Shown piece by piece: positions 39,159 through 48,931 of a DNA stretch of 64,000 bases. Within the stretch, counting starts at the first letter, position 1; every line of letters begins with the position of its first letter. A model generated the notes under the pieces. The model made no database searches. It was given only the letters and a program-made list of their open reading frames with translations, and was not told the origin of the DNA. The DNA is from an uncultured Eubacterium sp. (lineage in GTDB: Bacteria; Bacillota; Clostridia; Oscillospirales; Acutalibacteraceae): assembly GCA_944385025.1 (NCBI GenBank), contig CALWVQ010000021.1, positions 15,243-79,242 on the forward strand, in the 5' to 3' direction. The position numbers and the translations under genes are program-made.

Positions 39159-39841
39159 CTGCCTGATGAAGTTGGCATATAAGGTATAAGCGCTTGAGCC
39201 ATCTTGATAGTCGGCATTGTCTGAACCACAACCTCACCGGGACCGGTAACAACAGTATTGAAAAGTCCTTCACCGCCGAACAAGATATTTTTGGCGCCCT
39301 TATTTGTTGTTATATCCATTTTACAGGTTGCATCCATCATAACAACGTGGCCTGTATCCACAATTAACTGCTGACCGGGAGCAAGATTATACTTAACAGC
39401 AGAACCGTCAATCTCGATAAAAGCGAGTCCTGTTCCGCTTAATTTCTGCATAATAAAACCTTCGCCGCCAAACAGTCCTGCTCCAAGCTTTCTCTGAAGA
39501 TAAACAGAAAGCTCAACGCCTGTTGTAGAAGCTATAAATGAGCTTTTTTGACAAATATACTCCTTTGCGCCATCCAGTTCCAAAACAACAATATCGCCGG
39601 GAAAACTGCTGGCAAAAGCAATCATTCCCTCGCCACCCATAGCAGTAAATCTATTTTGGAACAAGCGCTCACCTGTAAGCATTCTACCGAAAATTTTTCC
39701 GATACCGCCGCTGGATGTGGTTTCCATCTTCATATTTGGACTCATCCAACTCATTGCGCCGCCTTCGGTAATCATTGTTTCATTTGCTTCAAGATTGCAA
39801 ATAAGAACAGGAAAATTACCGCCTTTAATTTCATATTTCAT
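39155..39841 (-). CDS. AIM24 / TIGR00266 family protein (function unknown)
   Basis: 228 aa. MKYEIKGGNFPVL...GGAMSWMS...GEGFIMQKLSGTGLAFIEIDG...GGEGLF is typical of the family. GAGGGGGG RBS. Confidence 0.75.
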   Translation of the reverse strand: MKYEIKGGNFPVLICNLEANETMITEGGAMSWMSPNMKMETTSSGGIGKIFGRMLTGERLFQNRFTAMGGEGMIAFASSFPGDIVVLELDGAKEYICQKSSFIASTTGVELSVYLQRKLGAGLFGGEGFIMQKLSGTGLAFIEIDGSAVKYNLAPGQQLIVDTGHVVMMDATCKMDITTNKGAKNILFGGEGLFNTVVTGPGEVVVQTMPTIKMAQALIPYMPTSSGS

Positions 39842-39880
39842 AAAAATCCCCCCTCTTCATTTTCAATTCATAATATGAAA

Positions 39881-40408
39881 TTATCTGACAAAAATATTAC
39901 CTCCGCTGCAATCAACAGCGACCGTAAGAGGAAAATCTTTAAATGTAAGTTTTTTAACCGACTCGCAGCCTAAGTCATCGTATGCAATAACTTCACAAGA
40001 AGTTATACATTTTGACGCCAATGCGCCCGCACCGCCGATAGCGCACAGATAAACCGCTTTATTTCTTACAATAGCATCACATACTTCTTTGCTTCTTTCA
40101 CCCTTGCCTACCATTGCCACAAGACCTTCATCTAAAAATCTGGGGGCATATACGTCCATCCTGCCGGATGTTGTAGGTCCACAGGAACCAACGGCAAGAT
40201 TTTCAGGGGCAGGAGTTGGTCCGGCGTAATAAATAACAGCGTCTTTTAATTCATAAGGCAAAGGCTGATTATTATCCATTGCCTCATTAATACGTTTGTG
40301 AGCGGCGTCACGGGAAGTATACACCGTTCCTGACAATATCACTCTGTCTCCCGCTTTTAGTTTTGGTGCGAAGCAACGTAGTTCATCGGTATTTAATTTA
40401 TATTCCAT
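39881..40408 (-). CDS. Fe-S hydro-lyase beta subunit (class I fumarate hydratase / tartrate dehydratase beta, FumA_C domain)
   Basis: 175 aa. SGTVYTSRDAAHKR, GPTTSGRM, VGKGERS, IGGAGAL, DLGCESV. Confidence 0.85.
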   Translation of the reverse strand: MEYKLNTDELRCFAPKLKAGDRVILSGTVYTSRDAAHKRINEAMDNNQPLPYELKDAVIYYAGPTPAPENLAVGSCGPTTSGRMDVYAPRFLDEGLVAMVGKGERSKEVCDAIVRNKAVYLCAIGGAGALASKCITSCEVIAYDDLGCESVKKLTFKDFPLTVAVDCSGGNIFVR

Positions 40409-40628
40409 TGTTTTTACCTAATTCTTCCTTAAGTTTCTTATTTTCTTCTTCAAGCGCTTCAAGAATTGCAATGTTTTGTTTTAACTCACGGCTGATGCTT
40501 TTAAGCTGAAAATCAAGATTAGCGTTAATAATTTCTAATCTTTGACATTCAAAATTTACATCCTCAAGAGCCGCCATAAGTCGTGAAACTTCATCAGTAA
40601 GCGCTTTGATGTCAGATTTTTTGTTCAT
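40398..40628 (-). CDS. Small coiled-coil protein (76 aa), hypothetical
   Basis: Heptad-like Leu/Ile spacing throughout (LTDEVSRLMAALEDVNFECQRLEIINANLDFQLKSISRELKQNIAILEALEEENKKLKEEL). GAAGGAA RBS. The stop overlaps the downstream hydro-lyase start by 11 nt. Confidence 0.5.
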   Translation of the reverse strand: MNKKSDIKALTDEVSRLMAALEDVNFECQRLEIINANLDFQLKSISRELKQNIAILEALEEENKKLKEELGKNNGI

Positions 40629-40649
40629 AAACCATTTCCTTCAATTTGA

Positions 40650-40686
40650 TAAAAACACAAAAAGAGGTTGAAAACTCAACCTCTTT
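40650..40686 (-). terminator. Rho-independent terminator after the first PPIase gene
   Basis: Stem aaagaggttga/tcaacctcttt with an aaac loop, followed on the minus strand by uuuuguguuuuu. Confidence 0.75.
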
Positions 40687-40693
40687 TTTGATT

Positions 40694-42532
40694 TTAGCTG
40701 TCGATATCTACATCTTTCTCGAAATAACGAGAACCAAACCAATTAACTTTAAGGGTGTAAGCCTCCTCAAGCTTATCGGTTGCAGATGTGCTATTTTCAT
40801 TAATAAGGTCTTGTTCTGCACTATGATACCATATCAGTTCATTATTTGTTCCGACAAAATACATAATGTGATAACCGTATTCGGTCATAACAATAGCTGT
40901 ATCGCCGGCTTTTCTTGAGCTGTCAAAGCACCAGTTAGAGAACGGATCAACCATTTCACCCGTAGCAACGTCTTCATAAAGGCCACCGTTTTCGGTTGAG
41001 CCTGTATCAGTAGAATTGTCAGCAACAAGAGCTGCGAAAGAATCCTCCGTTGCATCGCCTGATTTCCATTCATTAAGAATACTCTCAGCCTTACTATATG
41101 CAGCGTTCCACTGTGATTCGGTAGCGTCAACTGCCTGAGCGTTTTCATCTGCATTTTCAGGTGCAATAAGAATATGACGAACATTAACAGTCTTTCTGTC
41201 GGTTACTTCAGCAGGGCTTAAAACGTAAACTACTGTTGTGCTTTCTTGTTTTATATCTCCTGCCTTTCTGTCGCTGCTAAACAGCCAGTCAAGACCTGAA
41301 TATGTAAGCTCTTCAGCGTCAGAATCGTCAGGAGTTGCGATGGCATAACCGTGACTGATGAGGTTATTTCTTGTAGCGCCTGTTACTGTTGAAAAAGTAT
41401 CTTCAGCATAGGCTCTCTTATAAAAATCACCGCTTGAATATTTAACTGCAAGTTCTGCAAAATTTGAACCGTCAGCTTTAAGCTCATCAGCAAAAGCTTT
41501 TGCATCGTCCTCAGTTGAACATTCAAAAATCTTAATATCAACTGTCTTATAGTTATCGATATTTTCGTCCTTATATGCTGTAACCTCTTCTTCTGTAACA
41601 TCTGCTGAAGTTGTTGAAGAAGATAATTCGCTTTGATAATTCTGTGCAATATACTGACGGGTTGCCTCTGTTCTGAATACAGCTTCGGTAACGCCCTTAC
41701 CCATAGCTCTTACAAGGTAGCCGCTGAGTGTATAACCGTATTGATTTGCAGTCTCTTTATAGCTGTCAAGTGCTTCATCAATCTCTGACTGCTGTTCTTC
41801 GGTTATTTCAGGTTCTTCACCGTCATTCTGTGCAACAGCTTCAAGGTAATAAGTGTATGTTGACTCAATGGAATCAAGCACAAGTTCTTCCATATGCTCT
41901 GACCAAGTCATAGTTTCATTAGTTTCAGGGTCAGTATAAGTCTGCTTTGAAAGCGGCTGATCAAAATCAACATCCATTCCCATATCTGCAAGGTCAAGTC
42001 CGTACTGCTCATAACTTGACTGCTGAGAAATTAAACTGTTATATGTGGAAGCAAAATAAAAATTGTATGTACTAACTTTAACTTTTGCTTTTTCTGTGCC
42101 GTTTGTTATTGTAGCTGCAGTAAGAGTCTGAGCCGGAATGCTTAATGAAGCAATAAATCCCTTTCTTACCAAACCTGTTGAAACGTAAGTAACAAGAAGT
42201 GCAACAACTATAACAATACAAACTGCAGACTGTATTATCTTCTTGGTTCTGGGAGCAAGACCGTTAGGTGCTGAACCTACCGAATTATACTTGTCGGACA
42301 ATTTCTTTATTTTAGCGTCAAGAGTTTTCTTTTCCTCTTCATTTTCGCATTTTTCTTTTTGCTCTTTAAGTTTATCAATCTCTGATTTTATGCTTGCTCT
42401 TTTAGCATCAAGCTTTTCCTTTTTAGCCTTATTTTTAGCTGCAAGCTTTTCTGCCTTGGCTTTAGCCTTATCCTTATCGGCATTAATGCTTCCGCCTGCA
42501 AGCATATCCTCTTCTAACTGTTTCTTTGCCAT
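40694..42532 (-). CDS. Membrane-anchored parvulin-type peptidyl-prolyl isomerase (PrsA/SurA-like), Lys-rich N-terminal tail
   Basis: Parvulin domain VNVRHILIAP...GGLYEDVATGEMVDPFSNWCFDSSRKAGDTAIVMTEYGYHIMYFVG. One TM helix after a K/E-rich coiled tail. The start is ATG 42532 (AAGGA RBS) or 42541. Confidence 0.8.
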   Translation of the reverse strand: MAKKQLEEDMLAGGSINADKDKAKAKAEKLAAKNKAKKEKLDAKRASIKSEIDKLKEQKEKCENEEEKKTLDAKIKKLSDKYNSVGSAPNGLAPRTKKIIQSAVCIVIVVALLVTYVSTGLVRKGFIASLSIPAQTLTAATITNGTEKAKVKVSTYNFYFASTYNSLISQQSSYEQYGLDLADMGMDVDFDQPLSKQTYTDPETNETMTWSEHMEELVLDSIESTYTYYLEAVAQNDGEEPEITEEQQSEIDEALDSYKETANQYGYTLSGYLVRAMGKGVTEAVFRTEATRQYIAQNYQSELSSSTTSADVTEEEVTAYKDENIDNYKTVDIKIFECSTEDDAKAFADELKADGSNFAELAVKYSSGDFYKRAYAEDTFSTVTGATRNNLISHGYAIATPDDSDAEELTYSGLDWLFSSDRKAGDIKQESTTVVYVLSPAEVTDRKTVNVRHILIAPENADENAQAVDATESQWNAAYSKAESILNEWKSGDATEDSFAALVADNSTDTGSTENGGLYEDVATGEMVDPFSNWCFDSSRKAGDTAIVMTEYGYHIMYFVGTNNELIWYHSAEQDLINENSTSATDKLEEAYTLKVNWFGSRYFEKDVDIDS

Positions 42533-42583
42533 TTTTTTCATCCTTTTTATGTTTTTTGAAAAAATTAAAGTATATCAAAAGAT

Positions 42584-42612
42584 ATTCTACACTATTATCT
42601 ATAATTTTACAA
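42584..42612 (-). promoter_or_regulatory. Possible sigma-A promoter for the downstream PPIase gene
   Basis: The minus strand reads TTGTAA, 17 nt, TAGAAT. No hairpin separates the two PPIase genes. Confidence 0.4.
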
Positions 42613-42628
42613 GTGTAAATTTATTCAA

Positions 42629-44539
42629 TTACGATACGGTATTTGATGTTGAAGAATCAGCCGCTTCACTCTTTGCGTCATTATATTTTTCTATTGCTTT
42701 ATTGATGACGCCATCGTGAAGATTTACGCTGGCATTTTCAATCATTTCGTTAAGCTTTTCAGTTTTCATATCATTTTTAAGCTGTGCCATATAACTTGGA
42801 GATGCGTCAACAAAGAACATAATATGATAACCGTGAGTCGACTTAACCATTCCTGTATCACCGTATTTTCTTGAGCTGTCCATTGACCAATCCTCAAATT
42901 CAGAGACCATTTGACCAAGAGGAACACCTTCGTAAAAGCCACCGTATAATCCGTTTGCGCCTGATGAAGTTGAAGCAACGTCGTCGGAATTAAGTTCTGC
43001 AAGCAATGCAAAGGAATACTCACTTCTGTCGCCGCTGTTAAATTCATCAAGAATCGAGTTTGCTTTTTCTTCGGCGGCAGCCCACTGTTCGTCAGTGTAT
43101 TTCGGTTCTTCTGAAGAATAAGATGAAGAATCAGAAGTTTCATCGTCGCTTTCAGGCATAATCAAAATGTGTCTTACAGAGTAAGTATCGCTTTCATCAA
43201 GTGATGCCATTTCGGTTTTAAGGATAATATATGCGTAGCTGTTTTCCTCGTCAACATAGTAGTTTTTCTCGCCTATTTCGGTATCGTCGCTGAACAACCA
43301 CTGTGTTATCTCATCACTAAACGGAGAAGATGCTCCCGTGATAGAAGAATCAATATTCGCCTGATAATTTGCAATAGCATCTTCGCGTGCTTCCTCTTCA
43401 GTTAATGAAGAATCAGAGGACATAGCCGTTTCCATATCTGTTTGAATATAGTCAGCATAAACTTCTGGCACCATGGCAAGAATTGAGTCTCTGTCAGTAA
43501 TTCTGTCCATATAATCATCAATTACTTTTTGCGATTGAGCTTTTGATTCATCGTCAGTAGCATCGTATTCGGTAGCTATATAGCTGAAGCTAATTTGATT
43601 ATAATCGTTTCTGTTTTCATCGAAAAACTCATTAATTTCTTCATTACTTGGCTTATAATCAATGGCAAATTTGCCCTTATAATTCACAGCTATGTAGTAC
43701 TGTTCAAGCATAAGTCTTACGGTATCCTCACTGCAATACTCTCCAAAATTTTCAGAAATATAGTCATTAAGTGACATTTCTTGGTCAGAAGCACTTGCCT
43801 TTAAACTTTCAATTTGAGTTTCTATTGTATCTTTCTGATTCTGTGTAAGAGTTATGCCTTCTTTAAGCCCTTTTGTATAATACACATAATTCAGTTCTAT
43901 TTCTCTCAAAGCTTCATTTTGAAAAAATTGTGCCCACGTAATTTCGTTTCCGTCTTCGTCAACAGTATACTGCTTTTCGTAGCTCTTTGTTGTATCCAGG
44001 TCAAAATATCCGTACATTGCATACTGCTCATAATAGTTAACCACACTTGCATAATAATAATTATACATACCAACGCTGACTTTTTCTCCGTCAATGGTAG
44101 CGGCAATTGAAGGAGGATTTATTAAATCGCCCTCCTTGCCGTTTGGCACGGTATAATAACGTACGCCAAGTACGATTAGAGCAATAAGTACCAATACCGT
44201 AAACACTGCCACCGGCACAAGTTTCAAAGAATCTCTATTAATGACAATTTGATTATCAGCCGTCTGCGGCACATTTTGATTATGTTCAGCAGGCACATTT
44301 TTTACTGTTTTGTCAAATTCGTCCTTGTCAATAACAAAATTATCATTCTCCAAAAAAGCGCTGTCATCAAGAGTAGGAGCCTGTGCTTCAAACTCCCAGT
44401 TATCGTTATTTTCAAGATGAACGCTGTTTTCATTTGACTGCTGACTTTCATCGGCAGACAAATTATCGTCATTTTCAGTTATATCTTCTGACAAATCTGT
44501 TTTCTTTTCTTCGTCAAAATCTTTTTCGTTATCTGGCAT
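42629..44539 (-). CDS. Membrane-anchored parvulin-type peptidyl-prolyl isomerase paralogue, acidic N-terminal tail
   Basis: Parvulin domain YSVRHILIMP...GLYGGFYEGVPLGQMVSEFEDWSMDSSRKYGDTGMVKSTHGYHIMFFVD. The start is taken at ATG 44539 (AGGAG RBS); the track begins at a TTG at 44557. Confidence 0.8.
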   Translation of the reverse strand: MPDNEKDFDEEKKTDLSEDITENDDNLSADESQQSNENSVHLENNDNWEFEAQAPTLDDSAFLENDNFVIDKDEFDKTVKNVPAEHNQNVPQTADNQIVINRDSLKLVPVAVFTVLVLIALIVLGVRYYTVPNGKEGDLINPPSIAATIDGEKVSVGMYNYYYASVVNYYEQYAMYGYFDLDTTKSYEKQYTVDEDGNEITWAQFFQNEALREIELNYVYYTKGLKEGITLTQNQKDTIETQIESLKASASDQEMSLNDYISENFGEYCSEDTVRLMLEQYYIAVNYKGKFAIDYKPSNEEINEFFDENRNDYNQISFSYIATEYDATDDESKAQSQKVIDDYMDRITDRDSILAMVPEVYADYIQTDMETAMSSDSSLTEEEAREDAIANYQANIDSSITGASSPFSDEITQWLFSDDTEIGEKNYYVDEENSYAYIILKTEMASLDESDTYSVRHILIMPESDDETSDSSSYSSEEPKYTDEQWAAAEEKANSILDEFNSGDRSEYSFALLAELNSDDVASTSSGANGLYGGFYEGVPLGQMVSEFEDWSMDSSRKYGDTGMVKSTHGYHIMFFVDASPSYMAQLKNDMKTEKLNEMIENASVNLHDGVINKAIEKYNDAKSEAADSSTSNTVS

Positions 44540-44573
44540 AAAAACACTCCTAAACAAATATATACACGTACAA

Positions 44574-44602
44574 ATTATACATTAATGTAACCGTATTTGC
44601 AA
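44574..44602 (-). promoter_or_regulatory. Sigma-A-type promoter of the PPIase pair
   Basis: The minus strand reads TTGCAA, 17 nt, TATAAT (consensus -10). Confidence 0.6.
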
Positions 44603-44685
44603 CAAATTTATTGTTATTACTATTAAAATTATGTAAACAACCTGTAAATCTTGAAAGTAAAATATTTCATAAAATGTTATTATGC

Positions 44686-44714
44686 TTGAAAATATATGAA
44701 ATATGTAGTATTAT
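44686..44714 (+). promoter_or_regulatory. Sigma-A-type promoter of the O-antigen-ligase-like gene
   Basis: TTGAAA (44686-44691), 17 nt, TATTAT (44709-44714). Confidence 0.5.
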
Positions 44715-44765
44715 GTCATTATTATATGTATCGGGTATATTTTCACATATAGAAGAGGTTTATAT

Positions 44766-46160
44766 ATGAAGGAAGATCTAATATCCTTTAAACAGAAATA
44801 TAAAGAGAACCCTGCTTGGCATTGGCTTCAGGCAACTGTATTTCTGTTTCCAATTTTACCTGAATACGTCAGTCCTTTTATTCTTTTTATATCTTTCATT
44901 ATTTTTAAACGGCAATGGACAAAAGAAGGAAGAAAAGCAAAGGTAGGAACAATCGGAAAATTAATGATGGTTTTTCTGACGTTGGCGGTTGTCAGCACCC
45001 TTTGGTCTTCTACCAAATTCTCCACATTTGCTACCGCAATGCTTTGGTGGGGAATGCTCCTTGTTGAAATAATGATTTATAATCTTGCCAGATCAAGAGA
45101 AAAGATAGACAGGCTGCTGGCGGCAATGGTTTATTCAGGCGGACTTAATGCAATTGTAGGAACTGTTCAAATATGCACCTATACGCTTTACCGATTTGGT
45201 TACATAAGTCAATCTGCCGTTTTAGTAACTCCTTTTTACAGGCAGCTGGACAAAGCGGTTTACTCTGCCCTTCCCTTTGATATTGTAACTTCAATGTGGT
45301 CAACAAGAGCAAGCGGATTTTTCTCAAATCCAAATCTTCTTGCAACCTATATGGTAATTGTTTATCCCATTTCAATTTATCTTTATCTAAATGCTTCAAC
45401 GAAAAACAAAAAAATTACTTTCTTTATTTTTAATGTACTCATAAGCGCAGGAATGAGCTCTACTATGACAAGAGCAGGCTGCTTTATCGCCATTGCCGGA
45501 TGGGTGTTTATGTTTGTAATTCTTGCCAAAAGACATTGGAAAGAAATGATACAGATTTTCATACCCACAGTTTGCATTATCATACCTTCAATACTTACTC
45601 GTTACGGTCTTATTTTCAAGACGGTAGGCGTTGTCAGCGGCGGAGGCAGCGGCGGAGCTGAAGCAAAAAAATCATCCCTGGCACATTTTCAGATATGGGA
45701 CAGTCTTGTTGATTTTCTAATTACAAATCCTAAGGAGTTTTTGTTTGGCACAGGATTCGGCGTGGAGGAAACGGGTCTTATTCTTTTGAACAACTATGGA
45801 CTTGACAAACCGCATGCGCACAACTTTTTGCTGGAAACTTGGGTTGAATTAGGAGTTTTCGGTATGCTGTTGTTTATGTGCGTATTTGTCTTGGCTTTCG
45901 GCAAACTACTTGAAATTAACGCAAATAACGGTAAAAAGTTCACATTGGTATTTTGCGTTTTTACATCAATACTTCTTTATCTGCTTTTTGGATTAACAGA
46001 TTACATATTCAATTCGCCAAAACAAATAATCATATTGTTTATCTTACTCGGTCTGACCCAAGCAATAAGTTTCTGTTACGAAAAAACGGTAATAAACAGC
46101 CCCGAAACACTGAAACTTGCCACGATAAAAGAAATAGACAATGCAATACACAAGGCATAA
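44766..46160 (+). CDS. O-antigen ligase / Wzy_C family polytopic membrane protein
   Basis: 464 aa, at least 10 TM segments, with a loop containing SSTMTRAGCF (the SxSR-like motif of the Wzy_C family). Confidence 0.65.
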   Translation: MKEDLISFKQKYKENPAWHWLQATVFLFPILPEYVSPFILFISFIIFKRQWTKEGRKAKVGTIGKLMMVFLTLAVVSTLWSSTKFSTFATAMLWWGMLLVEIMIYNLARSREKIDRLLAAMVYSGGLNAIVGTVQICTYTLYRFGYISQSAVLVTPFYRQLDKAVYSALPFDIVTSMWSTRASGFFSNPNLLATYMVIVYPISIYLYLNASTKNKKITFFIFNVLISAGMSSTMTRAGCFIAIAGWVFMFVILAKRHWKEMIQIFIPTVCIIIPSILTRYGLIFKTVGVVSGGGSGGAEAKKSSLAHFQIWDSLVDFLITNPKEFLFGTGFGVEETGLILLNNYGLDKPHAHNFLLETWVELGVFGMLLFMCVFVLAFGKLLEINANNGKKFTLVFCVFTSILLYLLFGLTDYIFNSPKQIIILFILLGLTQAISFCYEKTVINSPETLKLATIKEIDNAIHKA

Positions 46161-46196
46161 AAAATAACCTGCACAACTGTGCAGGTTATTTTTTAT
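46161..46196. terminator. Bidirectional rho-independent terminator
   Basis: Stem of about 13 bp, aaaataacctgc.../...gcaggttatttt, flanked by an A-run and a T-run. It lies between convergent genes. Confidence 0.8.
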
Positions 46197-46607
46197 TTAT
46201 TTTGCTTTTGTTTCACAGTAAAGACAGCGATAAGTGCCATTGTCATCAACAAGGGTAAATATATGGTCAATATCCTCGTTATTACAAATACAACGCGGGT
46301 TTGAACACTTGATAACATTGGTAAGAGTCTTTGGCAATGAAAGATTTTTCTTTTCAACAGATTTGCCGTCTTTGATAATATTTACAGTGATGTCCTTATC
46401 AATATAACAAAGGACGTCAAGGTTAATATCTATCAAATCATTTATCTTGATAATGTCCTTTGCTCCCATTTTTTCGGATTTAGCATTTTGAATTATAGCT
46501 ACCTGACAGTTAAGCTTTTCTAAATGGAGAGTATTATATACCTCCATTCCCTTGCCTGCTGTAATGTGGTCAAACACTATGCCGTTTTCAATCTCGTCAA
46601 TTTTCAT
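46197..46607 (-). CDS. pyrI: Aspartate carbamoyltransferase regulatory subunit
   Basis: [16 protein letters not shown]-terminus and a C-terminal Zn cluster (CSNPRCI...YRCLYCE). Its ATG is in an ATGA overlap with the pyrB stop, with a GGGGAGG RBS. Confidence 0.9.
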   Translation of the reverse strand: MKIDEIENGIVFDHITAGKGMEVYNTLHLEKLNCQVAIIQNAKSEKMGAKDIIKINDLIDINLDVLCYIDKDITVNIIKDGKSVEKKNLSLPKTLTNVIKCSNPRCICNNEDIDHIFTLVDDNGTYRCLYCETKAK

Positions 46608-47530
46608 CAGATAATACCTCCCCATTCAAGCAGAGTTTTAATAAGCGCCATTCGAATATATTTACCGTTTAACGCCTGAACAAAATACTTTGCCCTTGGG
46701 TCATCATCCACCTCGGTAGCAATCTCGTTGACTCTTGGAAGAGGATGCATAATAGTTAAATCACTTTTAGCATTTTCAAGTTTCTTTAAATCAAGAACAA
46801 ATGCGTCTTTATGCTTTAAGTACTCATCTTCAGAGAAAAAGCGCTCACGCTGTATTCTTGTCATATAAAGAATATCCAGCTTATCCATAACCAGCTCCAT
46901 TTTCTCTACTTCTTCGTATGGATGACCGCTTTTATCAAGAACGTCGCTCTTAATATAATCGGGAACCGAAAGTTCCTTTGGAGAAATAAGCACAAACTTA
47001 ACATTTTTATATCTGCACATTGCTTTTATTAAAGAATGAACGGTACGACCGAATTTCAAATCACCGCACAAACCTATTGTGAGATTGTCAAATCTACCCT
47101 TTTCACGATAGATTGTAAGCAAATCGGTAAGGGTTTGGGTGGGGTGAGAATGTCCGCCGTCCCCTGCATTAATAATAGGCACAGAGCTTTTAAAGCTTGC
47201 TACTCTCGGCGCTCCCTCAAGAGGATGGCGCATAGCAATTATATCTGCATAGCAGGACACCATTCTTACAGTGTCTTCAACGCTTTCACCTTTTGAGGCA
47301 GATGACGACGCAGCCTCGGAAAATCCAAGCACGTTGCCGCCAAGTTCCATCATTGCCGCTTCAAAAGAAAGTCTTGTTCTTGTAGACGGTTCAAAGAAAA
47401 GAGTTGCCAGCTTTTTTCCGTCACAGATGTGAGCATACTTATCCTTATTTTCGATTATATCCATTGCCGTAGCAATCATAGTATCTATTTCTTCAAGAGA
47501 CAAGTCTGTTGTATCAAGTAAATGTCGCAT
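46607..47530 (-). CDS. pyrB: Aspartate carbamoyltransferase catalytic subunit
   Basis: 307 aa. [23 protein letters not shown]. Confidence 0.96.
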   Translation of the reverse strand: MRHLLDTTDLSLEEIDTMIATAMDIIENKDKYAHICDGKKLATLFFEPSTRTRLSFEAAMMELGGNVLGFSEAASSSASKGESVEDTVRMVSCYADIIAMRHPLEGAPRVASFKSSVPIINAGDGGHSHPTQTLTDLLTIYREKGRFDNLTIGLCGDLKFGRTVHSLIKAMCRYKNVKFVLISPKELSVPDYIKSDVLDKSGHPYEEVEKMELVMDKLDILYMTRIQRERFFSEDEYLKHKDAFVLDLKKLENAKSDLTIMHPLPRVNEIATEVDDDPRAKYFVQALNGKYIRMALIKTLLEWGGII

Positions 47531-47563
47531 AAAACAAACCTCTATATAAGTATTTAGTGAAGA

Positions 47564-48205
47564 TTATAAATCCATCCAAGCAGGGTCTGAAGGATTATTT
47601 CTGAATGCTTTAAGTTTAACAATATCTTTTTCGGAAATGTAACCTTCTTCTGCAGCCACCTCTGCGAGAACATCAAAATTAGAAAGAGAATAATTGATAA
47701 CATTTGCCTCTTTAAGTCTGTCAAGACCCTTCTGCATACCGTATGTGAAAATAGAAGCAACGCCAAGCACCTCAGCTCCGGCTTCGCGAAGAACGTCTAC
47801 AACCTCCAGAACTGAACCGCCTGTTGAGATAAGGTCTTCAATTACAACGACCTTTTGACCCTTCTCAAGCTTGCCTTCTATCTGATTCTGTCTGCCGTGA
47901 TCCTTATGGCCTGAACGAACATAACCCATAGGCATATCAAGAATTGTAGCTGTTATAGCGGCGTGAGCAATTCCGGCAGTAGATGTTCCCATAAGGATTT
48001 CAGCTTCAGGGAATTTTTCCTTAACTATCTCTGCAAGTCCTGCCTCTACGTCCTTTCTTACTTCAGGAGCAGAAAGAGTAAGTCTGTTATCGCAGTAAAT
48101 AGGGCTTTTAATACCTGACGCCCAAGTAAACGGATCGTCCGGCTTTAAAAACACTGCCTTAATTGAAAGTAAATCCTTTGCAATCATTTTTTCTGTAATT
48201 TTCAT
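47564..48205 (-). CDS. pyrE: Orotate phosphoribosyltransferase
   Basis: 213 aa. [16 protein letters not shown] and PRTase loop [13 protein letters not shown]. Confidence 0.93.
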   Translation of the reverse strand: MKITEKMIAKDLLSIKAVFLKPDDPFTWASGIKSPIYCDNRLTLSAPEVRKDVEAGLAEIVKEKFPEAEILMGTSTAGIAHAAITATILDMPMGYVRSGHKDHGRQNQIEGKLEKGQKVVVIEDLISTGGSVLEVVDVLREAGAEVLGVASIFTYGMQKGLDRLKEANVINYSLSNFDVLAEVAAEEGYISEKDIVKLKAFRNNPSDPAWMDL

Positions 48206-48232
48206 AATAAATCCTCCGTATATAATCTACTA

Positions 48233-48931
48233 TTAACCAACAAATTCCCTAACACAGCGGCGATATGCTGCCACAGGGTCATCAGCAGCAGTAATCGGTC
48301 TGCCTACTACTATATAGTCGCTGCCGATTTCCTTTGCTTTTTCAGGAGTAGTTACACGTACCTGGTCGCCTACGTCGCCGTCTGCAAATCTTACGCCGGG
48401 AGTAACAGTCATAAACTCTTTTCCGCAGCTTTCTTTAACCATTCCTGCCTCCAGAGGAGAACAAACAACTCCGTCAAGTCCTGCCTCTTTAGCATTATTA
48501 GCGTATTTTACAATAGTGTCGTTAATAGAAGCATTAATAAGAAGTTCTTTCTGCATTCTTTCCTCGCTTGTTGAGGTAAGCTGTGTAACTGCAATAAGAA
48601 TAGGTCTTGTGCCGTCCTCTCTGGTGAGACCTTCAAGCGCCGCTTTCATCATTTCAACAGTTCCTGCGGCGTGAAGATTTGTCATATCTACGTCAAGCTT
48701 TGAAAGCACTGCCATTGACTTTTTTACCGTATTTGGAATATCGTGAAGTTTTAAATCAAGAAAAATCTTGTGACCTCTTTTTTTGATTTCTTTTACAATT
48801 GACGGTCCCTCGGCATAAAAAAGCTCCATACCGATTTTTACAAAAGGTTTTTCCTCAGTAAACTTATCAAGAAAGTCAAATGTAGCCTGTGCAGATGAAA
48901 AATCACAGGCAATGATTACGTCTTTACCCAT
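48233..48931 (-). CDS. pyrF: Orotidine 5'-phosphate decarboxylase
   Basis: 232 aa. [26 protein letters not shown]. Confidence 0.95.
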   Translation of the reverse strand: MGKDVIIACDFSSAQATFDFLDKFTEEKPFVKIGMELFYAEGPSIVKEIKKRGHKIFLDLKLHDIPNTVKKSMAVLSKLDVDMTNLHAAGTVEMMKAALEGLTREDGTRPILIAVTQLTSTSEERMQKELLINASINDTIVKYANNAKEAGLDGVVCSPLEAGMVKESCGKEFMTVTPGVRFADGDVGDQVRVTTPEKAKEIGSDYIVVGRPITAADDPVAAYRRCVREFVG

